This document shows positions 1 to 10,729 of a stretch of DNA of 64,000 bases, in pieces (the stretch's first letter is position 1; each line of letters opens with the position of its first letter). The position numbers and the translations under genes are program-made. Under the pieces are notes generated by a model. The model did not search any database and was not told where the DNA came from. It saw only the letters and a program-made list of their open reading frames with translations. The DNA is from Thermoprotei archaeon (lineage in GTDB: Archaea; Thermoproteota; Thermoprotei; QMSL01): the NCBI GenBank assembly GCA_003650925.1, contig QMSP01000006.1, positions 18,971 to 82,970 on the forward strand, written 5' to 3'.

Positions 1-702
1 ATAGTACCTCAGGAGGACCTTCCCTTCAATGAGGAGGGCATAGTCCCTGATCTCATTATAAATCCGCATGCATTCCCATCAAGAATGACCCTTGGCCAGT
101 TGATAGAGACCATAGCAGGTAAAGTAGCTGCATTAGCTGGTAGATTTGTAGATGGCACACCCTTCTCAGGCGAGAAGGAGGATAAGTTAAGAATTGAGCT
201 GATTAAGCTAGGCTATAGAGGAGATGGCAAGGAGGCTCTATATGATGGAATAACAGGTGAGCTTCTAGAGACGCCTATCCTTATAGGCATAGTATATTAC
301 CAGAAGCTCCATCATATGGTAGCTGACAAGATACATGCAAGGGCAAGAGGTCCTGTACAAATACTGACCCGCCAGCCAACTGAAGGAAGAGCCAGAGAGG
401 GTGGACTAAGATTTGGAGAGATGGAACGTGACTGCTTGATAGGACATGGTGCCTCTATGTTGTTGAGAGAAAGACTGTTTGAGCAATCGGATAGATATGT
501 AGTCTACGTGTGTGAGAAGTGTGGCATGATAGGGTACTACGATAGGAAGAAAGACCGATATGTCTGCCCTCTGTGTGGAGATAAAGGCAAGCTGTGGCCT
601 GTTGAAATGTCCTATGCATTCAAGTTACTACTCCAGGAGCTTATGAGCATGTGCATCTTCCCAAGAATACGCTTAGTTGATAAAGCTAGTGCAGGAGGTT
701 GA
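1..702 (+). CDS. rpoB: DNA-directed RNA polymerase subunit B, C-terminal part (gene begins before window)
   Basis: Frame open from base 1 ([15 protein letters not shown]); [33 protein letters not shown] and a Zn-ribbon. Confidence 0.98.
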   Translation: MVPQEDLPFNEEGIVPDLIINPHAFPSRMTLGQLIETIAGKVAALAGRFVDGTPFSGEKEDKLRIELIKLGYRGDGKEALYDGITGELLETPILIGIVYYQKLHHMVADKIHARARGPVQILTRQPTEGRAREGGLRFGEMERDCLIGHGASMLLRERLFEQSDRYVVYVCEKCGMIGYYDRKKDRYVCPLCGDKGKLWPVEMSYAFKLLLQELMSMCIFPRIRLVDKASAGG

Positions 703-706
703 TAGT

Positions 707-3358
707 ATGAGCTTGCATATATTAACCAAAAGAATAGGAGCTATTGAGTTCGGAGTTCTTGATCCTGATACAATACGCAGAATGTCTGTCACAGCAATAA
801 TAACTGCTGATACTTATGACGAGGATGGTATGCCAATCAGGTCAGGTCTAATGGATAGAAGGCTTGGAACTGTAGAGCCAGGAGTTAGATGTGAAACATG
901 CGGAAATCCTGTAGGTCTATGTCCTGGTCACTTTGGTCACATAGAGCTCGCTCGTCCAGTTATACATGTAGGCTTTGTAAAAATAATACACCAGCTACTG
1001 CGAGCCACCTGTAGAAACTGTGGAAGGCTCTTGCTTCCGCAGAGTGAAATAGAAAAATACAAGGAACGTATGAAACGCTATGAGAAACGATGGTATGCTC
1101 TTAGCCTTAAGCTAGCTGAGGTGATATTGAAAAAGGCAATGGATAACCCTGAATGTCCTCACTGTCATGCCAAACAATACAAGATCAAATTTGAGAAACC
1201 CACCATGTTCTTTGAAGAAAGAGAAGAAGGTTTGGTAAGGCTCACCCCAAGTGACGTACGAAGTAGACTAGAGAAAATACCGGACGAGGACTTATGGCTT
1301 ATAGGAATAAATCCAAAGACTGCAAGACCTGAATGGTTTGTGCTAACAGTTCTGCCAGTACCGCCTATATGCGTTAGACCATCAATAACACTAGAGTCAG
1401 GTGTTAGATCTGAGGATGATCTAACGCACAAGCTAGTTGACATAATAAGAATAAACGAGAGGTTAAGGGAGAATATAGAAGCTGGAGCTCCTCAGCTAAT
1501 AATTGATGACCTATGGGAACTGCTCCAATATCACGTGACTACATATTTCGACAATGAGGTTCCTGGCATTCCACCAGCTAAGCATAGATCAGGAAGGCCT
1601 TTGAGAACTTTAGCTCAAAGACTAAAGGGCAAAGAAGGTCGCTTTAGAGGAAACTTGTCTGGGAAGAGAGTCGATTTCTCAGCCAGAACAGTGATCTCTC
1701 CTGATCCTTGTCTAAGTATAAATGAAGTAGGTGTTCCTATAGATGTGGCCAAGATACTCACTGTTCCTGAAAGAGTAACTGAATGGAACATAGAAGAAAT
1801 GAGAAGGCTTGTGATAAACGGCCCCGATAAATACCCTGGAGCTAACTACATAGTAAGACCTGATGGCAAGAGAATAGACCTTCGCTTCCCAAAGGATAGA
1901 AGAACTCTAGCTGAACAGCTTAAGCCGGGCTATATAGTTGAGAGGCACTTAAAAGATGGTGATATAGTGCTGTTCAACAGACAGCCATCCCTTCACAGAA
2001 TGTCCATGATGGCCCATAAAGTAAGAGTATTACCGTATAGAACATTTAGGCTAAATCTCTGCGTATGTCCACCATACAATGCTGATTTCGATGGAGATGA
2101 AATGAATCTGCATGTACCTCAAAGTGAAGAAGCACGAGCTGAGGCACGGATACTGATGCTAGTTCAAGAGCACATACTATCCCCTAGATATGGTGGTCCC
2201 ATCATGGGTGCTATCCACGACTACATAACTGCTGCCTATCTTCTAACACTGAAATCTGTACTTCTCACAAGAGAACAGGTAGCTCAGCTCCTCGTGGTGG
2301 GTGAATACAGAGGTGAACTTCCTGAACCAGCTATAAAGAAGCCTATTGAGCTCTGGACTGGAAAACAAGTTTTCAGCGTCTTCTTACCAAAAGATATGAA
2401 CTTCTCCCTTAGAGCTAGCATATGTATGAAATGTGACCAATGTCTTAGAGAAGAATGTCCCTATGATGCATACGTCATGGTTAGGGAAGGCAAGCTTCTA
2501 CTAGGTGTTATTGATAAGGCATCCATAGGGGCAGAGAAGACTGATAGCATCCTTCACTACATAGTCAAGAACTATGGGACTGATAAGGGAAGGGAGTTCA
2601 TGGATACTTGCTTCAAGATGCTATTGTACTTCCTCGACAGGCATGGCTTCACAATGGGCCTTGAAAGCCTGGACATACCTAAGGATGTAATAGAAGAGAT
2701 AAAGGAAGTATTCAGGAAAGCTGAAGCAAAAGTAAATGCACTAATCGAAGACTACTTAAAAGGTCGTCTTGAACCACAGCCTGGCAAGACTCTAGAGGAA
2801 ACTTTGGAGGTGAAGATAATAGAGGTTCTCAATGAGGTAAGAGATCAAGCCGGCAAAATAGCATGCAGGCATATGCGGCTTGACAATGAGGTGCTGGTTA
2901 TGACACAGACAGGCGCTAGAGGTAACATAATAAATGTAACTCAGATGTGTGCTTGCCTTGGCCAGCAGCACCTAAGAGGTGAGCGAATTCACAGAGGATA
3001 TCATGGCCGTCCTCTGCCTCATTTCAAGCAAGGGGACCTTGGAGTTAGAGCAAGAGGTTTTGTATTTAGCTCATTCAAGAGAGGTCTAACACCTGTTGAG
3101 TTCTTCTTCCATGCAATGACTGGTAGAGAAGGTCTAGTGGATACAGCTGTACGTACCTCCCAAAGTGGATATATGCAACGTAGACTCATCAATGCTCTAC
3201 AAGACCTGCGTGTGGAATATGATGGTACTGTTAGGACTGCGGATAATATAATAGTACAATTTAGATATGGTGAGGATGGAGTTGATCCCGCGAAAAGTTA
3301 TCATGGTCGTCCTGTCAATCTAGACTTTATCATAAATAAGGCTTTGGAGGTGGAATAG
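707..3358 (+). CDS. rpoA1: DNA-directed RNA polymerase subunit A'
   Basis: Catalytic [33 protein letters not shown]; ATG 707 follows GGAGG SD. Confidence 0.98.
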   Translation: MSLHILTKRIGAIEFGVLDPDTIRRMSVTAIITADTYDEDGMPIRSGLMDRRLGTVEPGVRCETCGNPVGLCPGHFGHIELARPVIHVGFVKIIHQLLRATCRNCGRLLLPQSEIEKYKERMKRYEKRWYALSLKLAEVILKKAMDNPECPHCHAKQYKIKFEKPTMFFEEREEGLVRLTPSDVRSRLEKIPDEDLWLIGINPKTARPEWFVLTVLPVPPICVRPSITLESGVRSEDDLTHKLVDIIRINERLRENIEAGAPQLIIDDLWELLQYHVTTYFDNEVPGIPPAKHRSGRPLRTLAQRLKGKEGRFRGNLSGKRVDFSARTVISPDPCLSINEVGVPIDVAKILTVPERVTEWNIEEMRRLVINGPDKYPGANYIVRPDGKRIDLRFPKDRRTLAEQLKPGYIVERHLKDGDIVLFNRQPSLHRMSMMAHKVRVLPYRTFRLNLCVCPPYNADFDGDEMNLHVPQSEEARAEARILMLVQEHILSPRYGGPIMGAIHDYITAAYLLTLKSVLLTREQVAQLLVVGEYRGELPEPAIKKPIELWTGKQVFSVFLPKDMNFSLRASICMKCDQCLREECPYDAYVMVREGKLLLGVIDKASIGAEKTDSILHYIVKNYGTDKGREFMDTCFKMLLYFLDRHGFTMGLESLDIPKDVIEEIKEVFRKAEAKVNALIEDYLKGRLEPQPGKTLEETLEVKIIEVLNEVRDQAGKIACRHMRLDNEVLVMTQTGARGNIINVTQMCACLGQQHLRGERIHRGYHGRPLPHFKQGDLGVRARGFVFSSFKRGLTPVEFFFHAMTGREGLVDTAVRTSQSGYMQRRLINALQDLRVEYDGTVRTADNIIVQFRYGEDGVDPAKSYHGRPVNLDFIINKALEVE

Positions 3359-4564
3359 ATGAACAATGGAGAGAATAAACTAAGCAAGGAGATTATAATG
3401 AAGGAAGTAGAGAAACTCAAAGACATAGGACTCCCTGAGGCATTAGTTGAGGAGGTTAAAGCCAAACTTGCTGATGTGAAATTAACCAAAAGGCAACTAG
3501 ACTTCATATTATCAGAGATTGTGAAGGAGTACTATGCCTCTCAAGTTGAGCCAGGAGAAGCGGTGGGCACAGTGGCTGCTCAATCCATAGGAGAGCCAAG
3601 CACTCAGATGACTCTTAGAACTTTTCACTATGCTGGAGTCAGAGAATTCAACATAACCCTAGGCCTTCCTCGTCTCATAGAGATAGTCGATGCCAGAAGA
3701 ACTCCTTCCACTCCTATGATGACCATATACCTGGATGAAGAACATAGACATAGTAGGGACAAAGCGCTTGAGGTTGCTAGGAGGATAGAGTATACTGCTA
3801 TAGAAAACGTCGCAAGAAGTATTGAGATAGACATCAACACATTTTCTATAGTAATAGAGCTTGATCCTGAGCTCTTAAGCAATAAGGGTCTAACCATAGA
3901 CCATGTAGTCAAAGCTCTTCAAAGGCTTAAAGGTGAGATACACATAGAGGACAATAGGATAATATTCATCCCAAGTGGTGTTACAGATATATTTAAACTT
4001 CAGAAGCTGAGGGACCGAATATTAGGCTTAAAGCTCAAGGGTATAAAGAACATTAGAAGAGTTCTCGTTAAAGAGGAGAGTGGAGAATATATCTTAGTTA
4101 CGGAAGGCTCCAACCTAGCAGCAGTTCTTACTGTAGAAGGCGTAGACCCAACTAGGACTACGACTAATAACATTCATGAGATAGCTGAAGTCCTGGGAAT
4201 AGAGGCAGCACGAAATGCAATAATTCAGGAGATGATGAATGTACTAAGAGAGCAGGGATTAGAGGTCGATATAAGACACATAATGTTAGTGGCTGACATG
4301 ATGACACTTACAGGGAGGGTCAGGCAGATAGGGAGACATGGTGTGAGTGGAGAGAAACCAAGCGTACTAGCTAGGGCGGCCTTTGAAGTTACGGTAAAAC
4401 ATCTCCTTGAAGCTGCAGTCAGAGGAGAAGTTGATAATCTGAAGGGAGTGGCTGAGAACGTCATAGTAGGTTCCAACTTGATACCCTTAGGTACAGGTAT
4501 GGTGAACCTCCTCATGTACCCTACTGCGATTAGGAGAGAAAATGAGAATGAAGCTGGAGGTTGA
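3359..4564 (+). CDS. rpoA2: DNA-directed RNA polymerase subunit A''
   Basis: [36 protein letters not shown]. Confidence 0.98.
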   Translation: MNNGENKLSKEIIMKEVEKLKDIGLPEALVEEVKAKLADVKLTKRQLDFILSEIVKEYYASQVEPGEAVGTVAAQSIGEPSTQMTLRTFHYAGVREFNITLGLPRLIEIVDARRTPSTPMMTIYLDEEHRHSRDKALEVARRIEYTAIENVARSIEIDINTFSIVIELDPELLSNKGLTIDHVVKALQRLKGEIHIEDNRIIFIPSGVTDIFKLQKLRDRILGLKLKGIKNIRRVLVKEESGEYILVTEGSNLAAVLTVEGVDPTRTTTNNIHEIAEVLGIEAARNAIIQEMMNVLREQGLEVDIRHIMLVADMMTLTGRVRQIGRHGVSGEKPSVLARAAFEVTVKHLLEAAVRGEVDNLKGVAENVIVGSNLIPLGTGMVNLLMYPTAIRRENENEAGG

Positions 4565-4569
4565 TAGCT

Positions 4570-4881
4570 ATGGTTGACTTTGAGAGAGAGCTCAGAACTG
4601 CTATGAGAACAGGAAAAGTAGTAATAGGCTCTAAGAGTACATTGAAAGCCCTGATGTTTGGGAAGGCAAAACTCGTGATAGTAGCTTCTAATTGCCCTAG
4701 AGACATCAGAGAAGACATTTTCTACTACGCCAAGCTAGCCGATATTCCTGTTTATATATTTCCTGGTTCAAGCTGGGACCTTGGTGCAGTTTGCGGTAAG
4801 CCATTCATGGTTGCATCATTGGCCATTATAGATCCTGGTGAAAGTGAAATACTTCAGCTAGCCGAAAAAGCTAAATCATAA
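4570..4881 (+). CDS. rpl30e: 50S ribosomal protein L30e
   Basis: TGKVVIG...LGAVCGKPF...IIDPGES; conserved position after rpoA2. Confidence 0.96.
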   Translation: MVDFERELRTAMRTGKVVIGSKSTLKALMFGKAKLVIVASNCPRDIREDIFYYAKLADIPVYIFPGSSWDLGAVCGKPFMVASLAIIDPGESEILQLAEKAKS

Positions 4882-4901
4882 GGGCTCTGAAAGGTGAGAT
4901 C

Positions 4902-5336
4902 GTGCCGACCATAAGGTTGACTGAAGAGGAAATGAGGTATATTGCACTGTTTGAAAGTCTTACAGGAGCTACCACAAAGGATTGTGTATATGATCCCCAA
5001 ATGAATCGCTTAATATTCCTTGTCAAACCAGGCCAAGTGGGCCTCGCTGTGGGAAGAAATGGTATCAAAGTGAAGAGGCTGAGACAGCTCTTAGGGAAGA
5101 ACATAGAAGTCGTTGAATATGCTGAAACCCCTGAAGAACTCATAAAAAATAGTCTATTCCCAGCCAAAGTTCGTGCTGTAAAAATAACCAAAACCTCTGA
5201 TGGTAGGAAGATAGCCATAGTAACCGTTGATCCAGCCTACAAGGGCTTAGCCATAGGAAAGGATGGAAGAAACATAAGCAGGGCAAGAATACTTGTTAAG
5301 CGGTATTTCGATATAGATAACGTCATAATACCCTAG
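4902..5336 (+). CDS. nusA: Archaeal NusA (KH domains)
   Basis: YIALFESLTGA, GLAIGKDGRNI; operon position. Confidence 0.96.
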   Translation: MPTIRLTEEEMRYIALFESLTGATTKDCVYDPQMNRLIFLVKPGQVGLAVGRNGIKVKRLRQLLGKNIEVVEYAETPEELIKNSLFPAKVRAVKITKTSDGRKIAIVTVDPAYKGLAIGKDGRNISRARILVKRYFDIDNVIIP

Positions 5337-5397
5337 ATAGTCTCATGGGATTAGACTTTTAAACAAATCCGTACATATTCCGTGCCTGGTGTCTATA

Positions 5398-6144
5398 ATG
5401 CCAAGGCTGAAACCAGATGTAGCTATCCTTACGCGCATCATTGGTGATATTGTTCTTGACATAACTTCGCCCTCTTGAATAAACACATCTCATTCAGTCC
5501 CATCCTCTATACTGCCTTTTATCACTATTGCTACATGGTGCCAGCTATAGAGAGGCTTAAGGTAGGAGAGGCAATACTATATTTGGCTTCAAAGCGTAAG
5601 TGGAAGAAGGTTAAAGTTCCAAAGGTTGAGGGGCTTAGGCCCAAGAGAGCAGAGCCATGTCTAATCATAGTTGAGGAGGGAGTGAGACTGGTCCCAATAG
5701 ATGTTGCAAAAGGAAAAGCGGAAGGGGCTAGAGTTGGAGAGCGGGAAAAGGAAGAAGATGTTCTATCACGAGAGGATATTGAGAAGTTTACTGTTAAGAC
5801 AGCTTCTATGCTAGCTTCACTTCAGGAGAGGATTAAGAGGCTTGAGGAAGTGGGGGCTAAGTCTCCGATGTCTGTTCAGATGGGAGAGGAGCGGATAACT
5901 GAGCTATATACAAGGCTTCAAAGGCTTGAGGAAGCGTATCAGAGGGAGTTTCAGGAAGTATATAGATGGCTTCAGAGCTAAGGATGTTGATAAAATGCTT
6001 AAGATTAATGAGAGAGGAGGCAGCCTAATGATGATATCAGCATATCTTGACTATTTAGCAGAGCAAGGACTCCTTGAAGTACATAGAAGTAGAAGTAGGA
6101 AGAAGTACATTACCAAGAGAGAGCCAACCATGGCCTGGGCATAA
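5398..6144 (+). pseudogene. Fragmented hypothetical gene(s): coiled-coil segment plus winged-helix-like C-terminal piece
   Basis: Overlapping short ORFs in different frames (5398-5478, 5475-5981, 5926-6144); YLDYLAEQGLLEVHRS resembles a wHTH recognition helix and wing. Confidence 0.35.
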
Positions 6145-6168
6145 TTTGCTTAAGGGAGATGAGAGAAA

Positions 6169-7185
6169 ATGAGAAAGCTCAAATATGGGGATTTACCAAG
6201 GGAAAGAAAGGAGGAAATTAAGGAAGTAATTAAGAAGTTAAGAGAGAAGGGTTCAGGTGCTGTTTCTGGGTTGTAGGTCTTTATACCCAATAAGCTTATA
6301 AGTGATAGTTGCTTATAGGTCCATTGATGACCCCTAGTTCCCATTATCCGCTCCTTGGTTGGGCGGTGAGGGGGCTAGGGGAAACCGTGATGAACCGCTT
6401 ACGGGGGCCTAAAAAGACCGTAAGCGGGGAACGGTTACGGATATAGGAAGATCAAGAAGTACATAGAGGAACACTATGGAGTCGAGATAAGCAGAGCAAC
6501 TATACAATACATTGTTAGAAGGGTGCTCAGAGACATGAGATGGATGAGAGAGATTTCCAAGAGATTAAAACGAACAAAAGAAGCCTTAGTAGCCACGACT
6601 TACATAATTGGAATAGCAATGAGTGATGGATTCAGAGACGAGTATCGGTTCAGAGTTCGACTTGCGAAGAGAAATAGAAGGGGGGAAGATCAATGGCCAG
6701 TTATTGAGAGTGTGGCTACAGCATTAAGAAAGATGGGGTTACAACCTAAGATAAGAATCTGGGATAAATGGTATGAAGTGGAAGCATATTCAAAGCAACT
6801 GAGTGAGTTAGTGAGGTTGGTAAAGACATCGAAAGAGTCAGTTAAACGTTTAATCAGAGGTTACGGGAGGCATTTCCTTAAAGGTTATTATGAGGGGGAT
6901 GGTTGCCTCTATAAGCAAAGCGAGTGCGATTGGGACATTGTTTTTAAGAGTAAAAAGTGGTCTAACTTAGTTGTAATCGCTTGGGCATTGAAGAGATTGG
7001 GGATTGGATACAAAGGGATATACAGGACAGTAACCAAAGAGGGAGTCGACTATATATTGAAGATCACAGAGCAGAGTGAGGTAGAGAAGTTTCTCAAAAT
7101 AGTCTGTCCATCTGTGAAGAATCCAATATCCCCCCAAAGGCCACCTCAAGCCCTGTTATCATATTGTATCCTTTCTGGATGGTAG
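6169..7185 (+). CDS. Free-standing HTH + double-motif LAGLIDADG homing endonuclease-like protein, interrupted by a 183-nt insertion (join 6169-6253, 6437-7185; 277 aa)
   Basis: LAGLIDADG motifs YIIGIAMSDG and FLKGYYEGDG; joined N-terminus MRKLKYGDLPRERKEEIKEVIKKLREKG-YGYRKIKKYIEEHYGVEISRATIQY is a continuous HTH; both halves share one frame. Confidence 0.8.
6254..6436 (+). ncRNA. Structured RNA / intervening element (4 hairpins, K-turn) inside the endonuclease gene
   Basis: Hairpins 6267-6289, 6294-6320, 6331-6381, 6383-6436 with many G-U pairs on the + strand; K-turn CCGU-GAU-GAA / GGA-ACGG; GGTT at 6250-6253 and 6433-6436. Confidence 0.65.
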
Positions 7186-7243
7186 AGAAAAAGTTAAAAG
7201 AGATAAGTCAACTAAATGATGGGGCTCTATGGGGGAGTAGGTT

Positions 7244-7681
7244 ATGGGTAAATCACCTCGAGGCCTGTATGCAGCTAGGAAGCTTAAGCTCAAGCGTAAG
7301 AAGTTCCGATGGAGTGATATAAACTATAGGAAGAAGATGTTAGGCCTAGACATAAAGACTGATCCCCTTGAAGGAGCACCTATGGCAAGAGGTATAGTGC
7401 TTCAGAAGGTAGGTATCGAGAGCCGACAGCCCAATAGTGCAGTCAGGAAGTGTGTCAGAGTGCAGCTTCTCAAAAATAACAAGGTCGTTACAGCCTTTGT
7501 TCCAGGAGACGGTGCCCTTAATATCATAGATGAGCATGATGAAGTGATAATAGAAAGAATAGGCGGGCCAGAGGGTAAGGCCTATGGTGATCTCCCTGGA
7601 GTAAGGTTTAAGGTCATAATGGTTAATGGAGTATCCCTAAAGGCTATACTCGAAGGCAAGAGGCAGAAGCCCATGAGATGA
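7244..7681 (+). CDS. rps12: 30S ribosomal protein S12
   Basis: [25 protein letters not shown]. Confidence 0.98.
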   Translation: MGKSPRGLYAARKLKLKRKKFRWSDINYRKKMLGLDIKTDPLEGAPMARGIVLQKVGIESRQPNSAVRKCVRVQLLKNNKVVTAFVPGDGALNIIDEHDEVIIERIGGPEGKAYGDLPGVRFKVIMVNGVSLKAILEGKRQKPMR

Positions 7682-7690
7682 GGTGCATTT

Positions 7691-8518
7691 ATGAAAGTAA
7701 GGATCCTAGAACTTGATGACCTTCATATAAAGTTCATACTGAAGGGAGCTAATCCAGCATTCGCCAATGCGCTTAGGAGGATCATGATAGCCGAAGTGCC
7801 ATCCATGGCCATAGATGAGGTTGTATTTCTTGAGAATACGTCCGTGCTTTATGACGAGATAATTGCCCATAGGTTAGCGCTAATTCCCTTGAGAACAGAC
7901 CTAGAGTCCTATAATTTACCAGAGGAATGTCAATGTGGAGGCACAGGCTGTTCGCTTTGCCAAGTAAGGCTATTTCTTGACATTGAAGCCGTAGATGAGC
8001 CCATCACTGTGTACTCTGGCCACCTAAAATCTGAGGATCCCAAAGTTGTTCCAGTTAAGGACAACATCCCTATAGTGAAATTAGCTCGTGGTCAGAAGCT
8101 AGTACTTGAAGCCTACGCTAGATTGGGTAGAGGCAAAGATCATGCAAAGTGGTCTCCTGTATCCGCATGTGCATATAAATATAAGCCTATAATAAAAATA
8201 AATACAGAACTATGTAACAATTGTGGATTATGCGCAGAAATATGTCCCAAGAATGTATTTGAAATGGTCGAAGGCAAGATCAAGGTAGTAAATGAACTTT
8301 CCTGTTCTCTATGTCGTGCATGCGAGAAAGTATGCGAGAAAGAGGCCATACGAATCCTAGGTGATGACACTACTTTCATATTCAATGTGGAGACAGTAGG
8401 CTCTCTTCCTCCTGAGAAAGTAGTGGAAGAGGCTTCCAAAATACTTGAGAAAAAGGCATTAAAGTTTATAGATGCCCTTTCGTCGCTTACTAAAGAGTAT
8501 AAGGAGGGAGAGTCTTGA
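7691..8518 (+). CDS. rpoD: RNA polymerase subunit D with ferredoxin-like Fe-S domain
   Basis: ANALRRIMIAEVP, DEIIAHRLALIPL, HAKWSP; CNNCGLCAEICP and CSLCRACEKVC. Confidence 0.97.
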   Translation: MKVRILELDDLHIKFILKGANPAFANALRRIMIAEVPSMAIDEVVFLENTSVLYDEIIAHRLALIPLRTDLESYNLPEECQCGGTGCSLCQVRLFLDIEAVDEPITVYSGHLKSEDPKVVPVKDNIPIVKLARGQKLVLEAYARLGRGKDHAKWSPVSACAYKYKPIIKINTELCNNCGLCAEICPKNVFEMVEGKIKVVNELSCSLCRACEKVCEKEAIRILGDDTTFIFNVETVGSLPPEKVVEEASKILEKKALKFIDALSSLTKEYKEGES

Positions 8519-8877
8519 AGAGAACTGGCCCTACAAATATACATTTGAGGAGATTGATACACATGCTCAGAAAGGCATATAGAAGGCATGGTGCAAGAAT
8601 ATGGAGGACTACAGCTGAGCTCTTAAGTAAGCCAAGAAGGCAAAGAATAGCTGTGAATATCAGTCGAATCAACAGATATACCTCACCTGGTGATGTAGTC
8701 CTTGTGCCTGGTAAGGTGCTGGGCTCTGGAGTACTAGACCATCCAGTCACTGTAGCTGCTCTTGCCTTTTCTAAACAGGCTAAGGAGAAGATAGTGGCTG
8801 CCAAAGGTCGCTGCTTGACCATAGAGGAGTTGCTTGAAGAAAATCCGAAAGGATCCAATATCAAGATTATTGGATAG
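8515..8877 (+). CDS. rpl18e: 50S ribosomal protein L18e
   Basis: GPTN...AVNISRINRY...VPGKVLGSG. Confidence 0.96.
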   Translation: MKRTGPTNIHLRRLIHMLRKAYRRHGARIWRTTAELLSKPRRQRIAVNISRINRYTSPGDVVLVPGKVLGSGVLDHPVTVAALAFSKQAKEKIVAAKGRCLTIEELLEENPKGSNIKIIG

Positions 8878-8882
8878 GGGGG

Positions 8883-9326
8883 ATGGTGTTGAAAGAGGTT
8901 GTAATTGATGCATCTGGCCTTGTTCTAGGTCGCCTCGCTAGCGTAGTAGCGAAAAGACTACTTATGGGTGAGCGAGTTATAATAATTAATGCTGAAAAGG
9001 CGCTGATATCCTGCAATAAGAGGAAAAGCCTTGTGGATAGGTTTAAAGAGAGACTTCGAAAGCGCACTCATTATAACCCTGAGAAGACAGGGCCTAAATG
9101 GCCGAGAAGACCTGATGGCATCGTTAGGAGGACTATAAGAGGGATGCTCCCTAGAAAAACTCCTAGAGGCAGAGCTGCTCTCAAGAGGCTCAGAGTTTAC
9201 ATAGGAGTTCCTGAGCACTATGCTCAAGCTCCTAAAGAGACTATACCTGAGGCGCTTCCAAAGAGCCATAGAGCGAAATATATAACTGTAGCTGAAGTTG
9301 CTAAAGAATTAGGGTGGAGGCCATGA
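8883..9326 (+). CDS. rpl13: 50S ribosomal protein L13
   Basis: [22 protein letters not shown]. Confidence 0.97.
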   Translation: MVLKEVVIDASGLVLGRLASVVAKRLLMGERVIIINAEKALISCNKRKSLVDRFKERLRKRTHYNPEKTGPKWPRRPDGIVRRTIRGMLPRKTPRGRAALKRLRVYIGVPEHYAQAPKETIPEALPKSHRAKYITVAEVAKELGWRP

Positions 9327-9727
9327 CTCGGATAGTAATCGCTGTTGGGAAGAGGAAGACAGCCATAGCTAGAGCAGTCATAAGGCCAGGAAAGGGAAGG
9401 GTTAGGATAAATAACATTCCTCTAGAAATCTATCAACCTGAGATGGCACGCTGGAAGATACTAGAGCCCCTTTTACTTGCAGGTGATGAGGTTAGAAACC
9501 AAGTCGACATAGATGTTAATGTTAAAGGAGGAGGATGGATGGGGCAAGCAACAGCTGCAAGAATGGCTATAGCTAGAGGGCTTGTTGAATGGACTCAATC
9601 TCCTGAACTAAAGAAGATATTTCTTGAATACGATAGGAGCATGTTAGCAGGAGATCCAAGAAGAACTGAGCCTAAGAAGCCGCGTGGTCACTCAGCTAGG
9701 GCTAAAAGGCAGAAGAGCTATCGCTAG
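9323..9727 (+). CDS. rps9: 30S ribosomal protein S9
   Basis: [19 protein letters not shown]-terminal QKSYR. Confidence 0.97.
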   Translation: MTRIVIAVGKRKTAIARAVIRPGKGRVRINNIPLEIYQPEMARWKILEPLLLAGDEVRNQVDIDVNVKGGGWMGQATAARMAIARGLVEWTQSPELKKIFLEYDRSMLAGDPRRTEPKKPRGHSARAKRQKSYR

Positions 9728-9945
9728 GAAGAAGGCCTTCTCTCAAGTCGTATCTCCTCAAACTTTAGTATCTCGTCTATCAGCTCAACATGGCTCAGAA
9801 GCATTCGACGGCAACAATATCTCTTTACTCCAAGCTCATCTAATACCTTGCCTGGTGGCTCGCCTCTTCTTACCCTCCTAACGAACTCCTCCCACTTATC
9901 AGCTATCAAAGCCCCGCATGTGAAACATCTTACTGGAATTATCAT
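9724..9945 (-). CDS. rpoN: RNA polymerase subunit N
   Basis: [11 protein letters not shown]...[11 protein letters not shown]. Confidence 0.97.
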   Translation of the reverse strand: MIIPVRCFTCGALIADKWEEFVRRVRRGEPPGKVLDELGVKRYCCRRMLLSHVELIDEILKFEEIRLERRPSS

Positions 9946-10005
9946 TCTAATCCCCTTTCTCTTGAGGTAAGGCTTATATTTAACTTTTAAGCCACATAGA
10001 GCCTG

Positions 10006-10686
10006 GTGACTGCTACAATGGAAGGCTCACCACCTAAAGGCAGGGAAGAGTCATCTCAAGAAGAGCTACTAGTTCCTCTTGAAATGTACCTAGCAGCGGG
10101 AGTGAGGATAGGTACGCATATAAAGAACAATGTCATGGCTAAATTCATCTATAGTGTTAGGCCTGATGGACTATACATACTTGACGTGAGAAAAATTGAT
10201 GAGCGAATAAGGATAGCAGCTAAGTTCATTTCGAGATATGAGCCTTCAAGAGTTGTGGCCGTGTCAGCAAGGCCTTATGGACAACAGCCTGTACGAAAGT
10301 TCTGTGCCCTGACAGGAGCCATACCAGTAACAGGGAGATTCATACCTGGGACTTTTACTAATCCAAGCCTGCCTAATTTCCTTGAGCCCGACTTAGTGAT
10401 AGTGACTGACCCTAGAGCTGATTCTCAAGCAGTAGACGAAGCTGCTGAGATGGGAATTCCCACGATAGCCCTGTGTGATACGGATAACACATGTAGCTTC
10501 ATAGACCTCATAATTCCTGTCAATAACAAAGGACGCAAATCACTTGCTCTCACTTATTGGCTTCTCACTAGGCAAGTACTCCTAGAGAGAGGAATGATAA
10601 AGAGCGTGGATGAGTTCACAGTGCCTGTTGAGGAGTTTGAAGCAAAAGTAGTAACTAAGCCCTCTGCGTTAATGTCGAGAAAATAG
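10006..10686 (+). CDS. rps2: 30S ribosomal protein S2
   Basis: [32 protein letters not shown]. Confidence 0.97.
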   Translation: MTATMEGSPPKGREESSQEELLVPLEMYLAAGVRIGTHIKNNVMAKFIYSVRPDGLYILDVRKIDERIRIAAKFISRYEPSRVVAVSARPYGQQPVRKFCALTGAIPVTGRFIPGTFTNPSLPNFLEPDLVIVTDPRADSQAVDEAAEMGIPTIALCDTDNTCSFIDLIIPVNNKGRKSLALTYWLLTRQVLLERGMIKSVDEFTVPVEEFEAKVVTKPSALMSRK

Positions 10687-10729
10687 ATAAAAGCATCTAG
10701 TTAGAGGAAGACCTAGAGGTGACTAGTAG

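Noticed and set aside
6251-6435. BHB motif with GUUC/GAAC central helix
   Set aside because: Flanking helices are poor and the cuts would remove 178 nt, out of frame
6257-6438. Group II-like start (GTGCTG) and GAACCGC domain V-like hairpin; group I intron
   Set aside because: No DV bulge, DVI or P7 core, far too short, and GUGYG...AY boundaries do not restore the frame
6315-6447. Hammerhead-like arrangement UUGAUGA-stem-GAAAC...GUU with the putative cut at 6436 (the insert boundary)
   Set aside because: C3 is U, stem II register is off by one and stem I does not pair next to the core; UGAUGA is better explained as a K-turn/box C motif. A cleavage assay would settle it.
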